DNA of 63,016 nt, filler included, from Folioceros fuciformis (lineage: Eukaryota), in assembly GCA_049999805.1 (NCBI GenBank). It is 12 parts of 12 records of this genome, joined end to end, with 100 filler letters (N's around TTAATTAATTAA, not from the genome) between each part and the next. Parts side by side here need not be neighbours in the genome. Positions count along the whole stretch, not along the records: positions 60,621 to 63,016 come from JBNGIO010001489.1; 11 more parts are not named here. One strand, 5' to 3'. Both the position numbers and the translations under genes were made by a program. The notes under the pieces are model-generated. The model did no database searches and was not told the DNA's origin. It saw only the letters and a program-made list of their open reading frames with translations. Positions 60,621-63,016 of the stretch are shown here, piece after piece (position 1 is the stretch's first letter; each line of letters starts with the position of its first letter).

Positions 60621-62530
60621 GCGAGTACGGGCGCTTCACCTTCGTCGACCACAGTTGGTTGCCGCCGGGTTTGCGACCCGGGCTGTCTATTCCTGGCGTC
60701 TGGCATTCGGATGCGTGGGCCCTCCGGATCGGGTCAGGCAGCAGAGGGAGCCTGTGGGGCAAGGCAACCCACGGATTGGATCTGTGCTTCCCTACCGCTT
60801 CCCACCCACCTCTGTAAAACTACACGTGGGGCCACTTTTTGTTATTTTTCTCTGCACGCCTCAACTTTTTCTACACAAAAAGAGACGCGTAGCGACTCTT
60901 CTTTCTTAGGGCGGGGCCGAGGATTTCGGGATCCAGGCGTGTTCGGGCAACAACTTCCCGTCGGATCTGGATCGTGAAACCCTTGCTCAACAGAACACAT
61001 CGCTTTGTCGACCACCACGAAAAATGAAACATACGATTGTGCAGACTCAGAGACCTCGTCTCATCGTAGATCAGGAGTACAGCTCAGGTGAGCTGCTTTT
61101 GGTCATTTATTCATCACAGTCTGCGATTAAGATTCGAACCTGGGTCATCTCGATGAAAGTCTCAGTGACTACCGTTGGAGCTAACCTTCGTCTTTGATAA
61201 CTTTTGTAGTTCAGCACACTATATCGCATGACTTTTTTCTTCTACTTATTTCCATCGGACAGCTGACTCAGATATATTGGAAAGGGCGAGAACAGAGAGG
61301 ATATTTTCGTAGATTTTCTCATATTCTCTCAATAGATTGCACTTCATGTCGCCTACGAGGGTCGAGTTCGCGTTCAATGCGCTTTACAAAGACGTGTTTC
61401 AGAAAACCATTTATAATATGTCAAATAAAAAACGACATTAAAATTATAATAAATTTAAATAAATCATATACGTACACATCTATTTTCAGCATGTTTAAAT
61501 TGTGGGATATTTAAATATTCCTTCGCCAGGTGCTGAGATCGTGCCAGGCCAAGGCCGGACACGGATCCAATCGGATCGGCGTACTCTTGGATACCGGAAC
61601 CTGCCTCAGGACGTAGGGTGTAGAAGCGGCGAGCAGCGCCGCCCAGGCGCGGTGCGGATCGGCTGTGCCACCTTGCTTCCCGCGCGTGGTGTACGGAGAA
61701 GAACCTCGGACTCGGGCAGACTCAGCAGGTTTGGCAGGCGGTTTAGGTTTGCACAGGCTAAGAGGCCTTCAACTATCTCAGGACCTCTCAGGTTGTTGGC
61801 TCCTAGAGGCGAGGCAGTATCAGGAAGAAGACGTTGGCCTCATTCTGTTACGGGCAACGAGAAGAGAAGGGAACCACACCTTCATCGTGCGTTTTCGATG
61901 CCTGCATGCTGGCGCAAATTGCATGACTTCTCTTGCTACGGCGCCTTCATCGACCTGCGTCAGCCACACAATTTGTGGCTGACTTCAGCCCCAAGGCAGC
62001 GGCAGCAGCTCTCCATGCAATCGCTGCGATGTCTGCGAGCCGGGCTTGGCTGCTCCCTGCGTCTCTTCGTGATCTACATCTGTTCGTGACTTCATGAGGC
62101 CGCAGGATGCGCTTCGTTTTGCTCGCCTCTCCATCAAGAGGAATTTCACGCGAGAAAGTTCCCCTCCGCCTCCGAGCCAGGTTGCAGGACGGGATAAAAT
62201 CGTACGGAATATACCTCCTGTCTTAAATTCAGATGCACGAACGCACGAAACACAAGGTGACGACTACCGAGGACGGACATATTGAGATGTACAAATGGGA
62301 GACGGAGAAACAAAAATTGAACTCCATTATGGTCCCATTCCGTCGGACCGTATTCTCACACACGTATGTATGTAGTTCGATGCAATGAATGTAGACCTTG
62401 GAAATCAAACAGTGTACGATGACATACATGTACCTCAAAATAGGGCCTGGTACGTTTTGTTAGAGTCGTATTCACTGTTTTGTGACGATGTCGTCTGTCT
62501 TCTCTGCTTTCTAAGAGGGTTACGATCAAG

Positions 62531-62698
62531 CCAACGACGCCGGGCTTAAGGTTTAGACGCGAGGCTAGAGTCCGAACGACGCCGGGCGTAGGGTTTAGAT
62601 GCAAGGCTAGAGTCCCAACGACGCCGGGCATAGGGTTTAAACGCGAGGCTAGAGTCCCAACAACGCCGGGCTTAGGGTTTAGACGCGAGGCTAGAGTC
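62531..62698. repeat. 42-bp minisatellite, 4 copies, each with a telomere-like TAGGGTTTA core
   Basis: ccaacgacgccgggcttagggtttagacgcgaggctagagtc at 62531, 62573, 62615, 62657 (the first copy has TAAGGTTTA). Confidence 0.93.
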
Positions 62699-63016
62699 GG
62701 AGAGGTGATGGACCAATCCTTGAGTACGTAAATTTGTTTAAGTCCTTTATGGACCGATCTCCATATGGCATACCAAAGGGGACACGCCCCCTCTCTCTAT
62801 GATTCTTTACAAACACACCCGTTATGCATCCCCTTTGGCCCGTACGCAACTTTGAAGGCCAAAACCAAACCGGACATTTGACAGATGCATGTGAAAAAAT
62901 GTGTGTGGAGGGCACTTGAAACACGTTTCCTGGGATCGAAAAAAAAACTACCACTAGCTTAGCCAAATCTCTCGCCGCCCGTCTCTGCCTTTCCTGCTCA
63001 GGGTTTAGGGTTTCCT

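Noticed and set aside
61502-62089. 195-aa Arg-rich ORF
   Set aside because: No ATG start and no recognisable family in any frame; cannot be supported without expression data.

Overview
Eukaryotic nuclear DNA from a compact-genome, non-seed land plant. Introns are mostly 70-300 bp. A CFAP97-family flagellar gene and PLS-PPR remnants point to a lineage with flagellated sperm; hornwort, other bryophyte or lycophyte is my inference and the species cannot be called. The window is not contiguous: it is 12 contigs joined by 100-bp artificial linkers (44 N + TTAATTAATTAA + 44 N), so adjacency across linkers means nothing. Host genes supported: RPS11/uS17 head-to-head with TIM23, an AWPM-19 membrane protein, a FAX3-like protein (5'-truncated), ISU1, an At5g19025-like protein, RPP0/uL10 and PTH2 (both partial), an intronless TPST, a Gnk2/DUF26 secreted protein, a SAM-methyltransferase with a GC-AG intron, a MIR171 hairpin, a CFAP97-like gene and gankyrin/PSMD10. 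Mobile DNA is abundant. Most interesting are: (1) a full-length Copia with non-canonical TG...TA LTRs and a 5-bp TSD, carrying a reconstructable antisense ORF (zinc-finger-like motif, basic NLS-like patch, SAP/HeH-like tail) between RNase H and the 3' LTR; (2) a Ty3/Gypsy integrase tail ending in a PHD finger instead of a chromodomain; (3) a repeat family in three copies encoding an unrecognised minus-strand protein with a conserved C-terminal domain.
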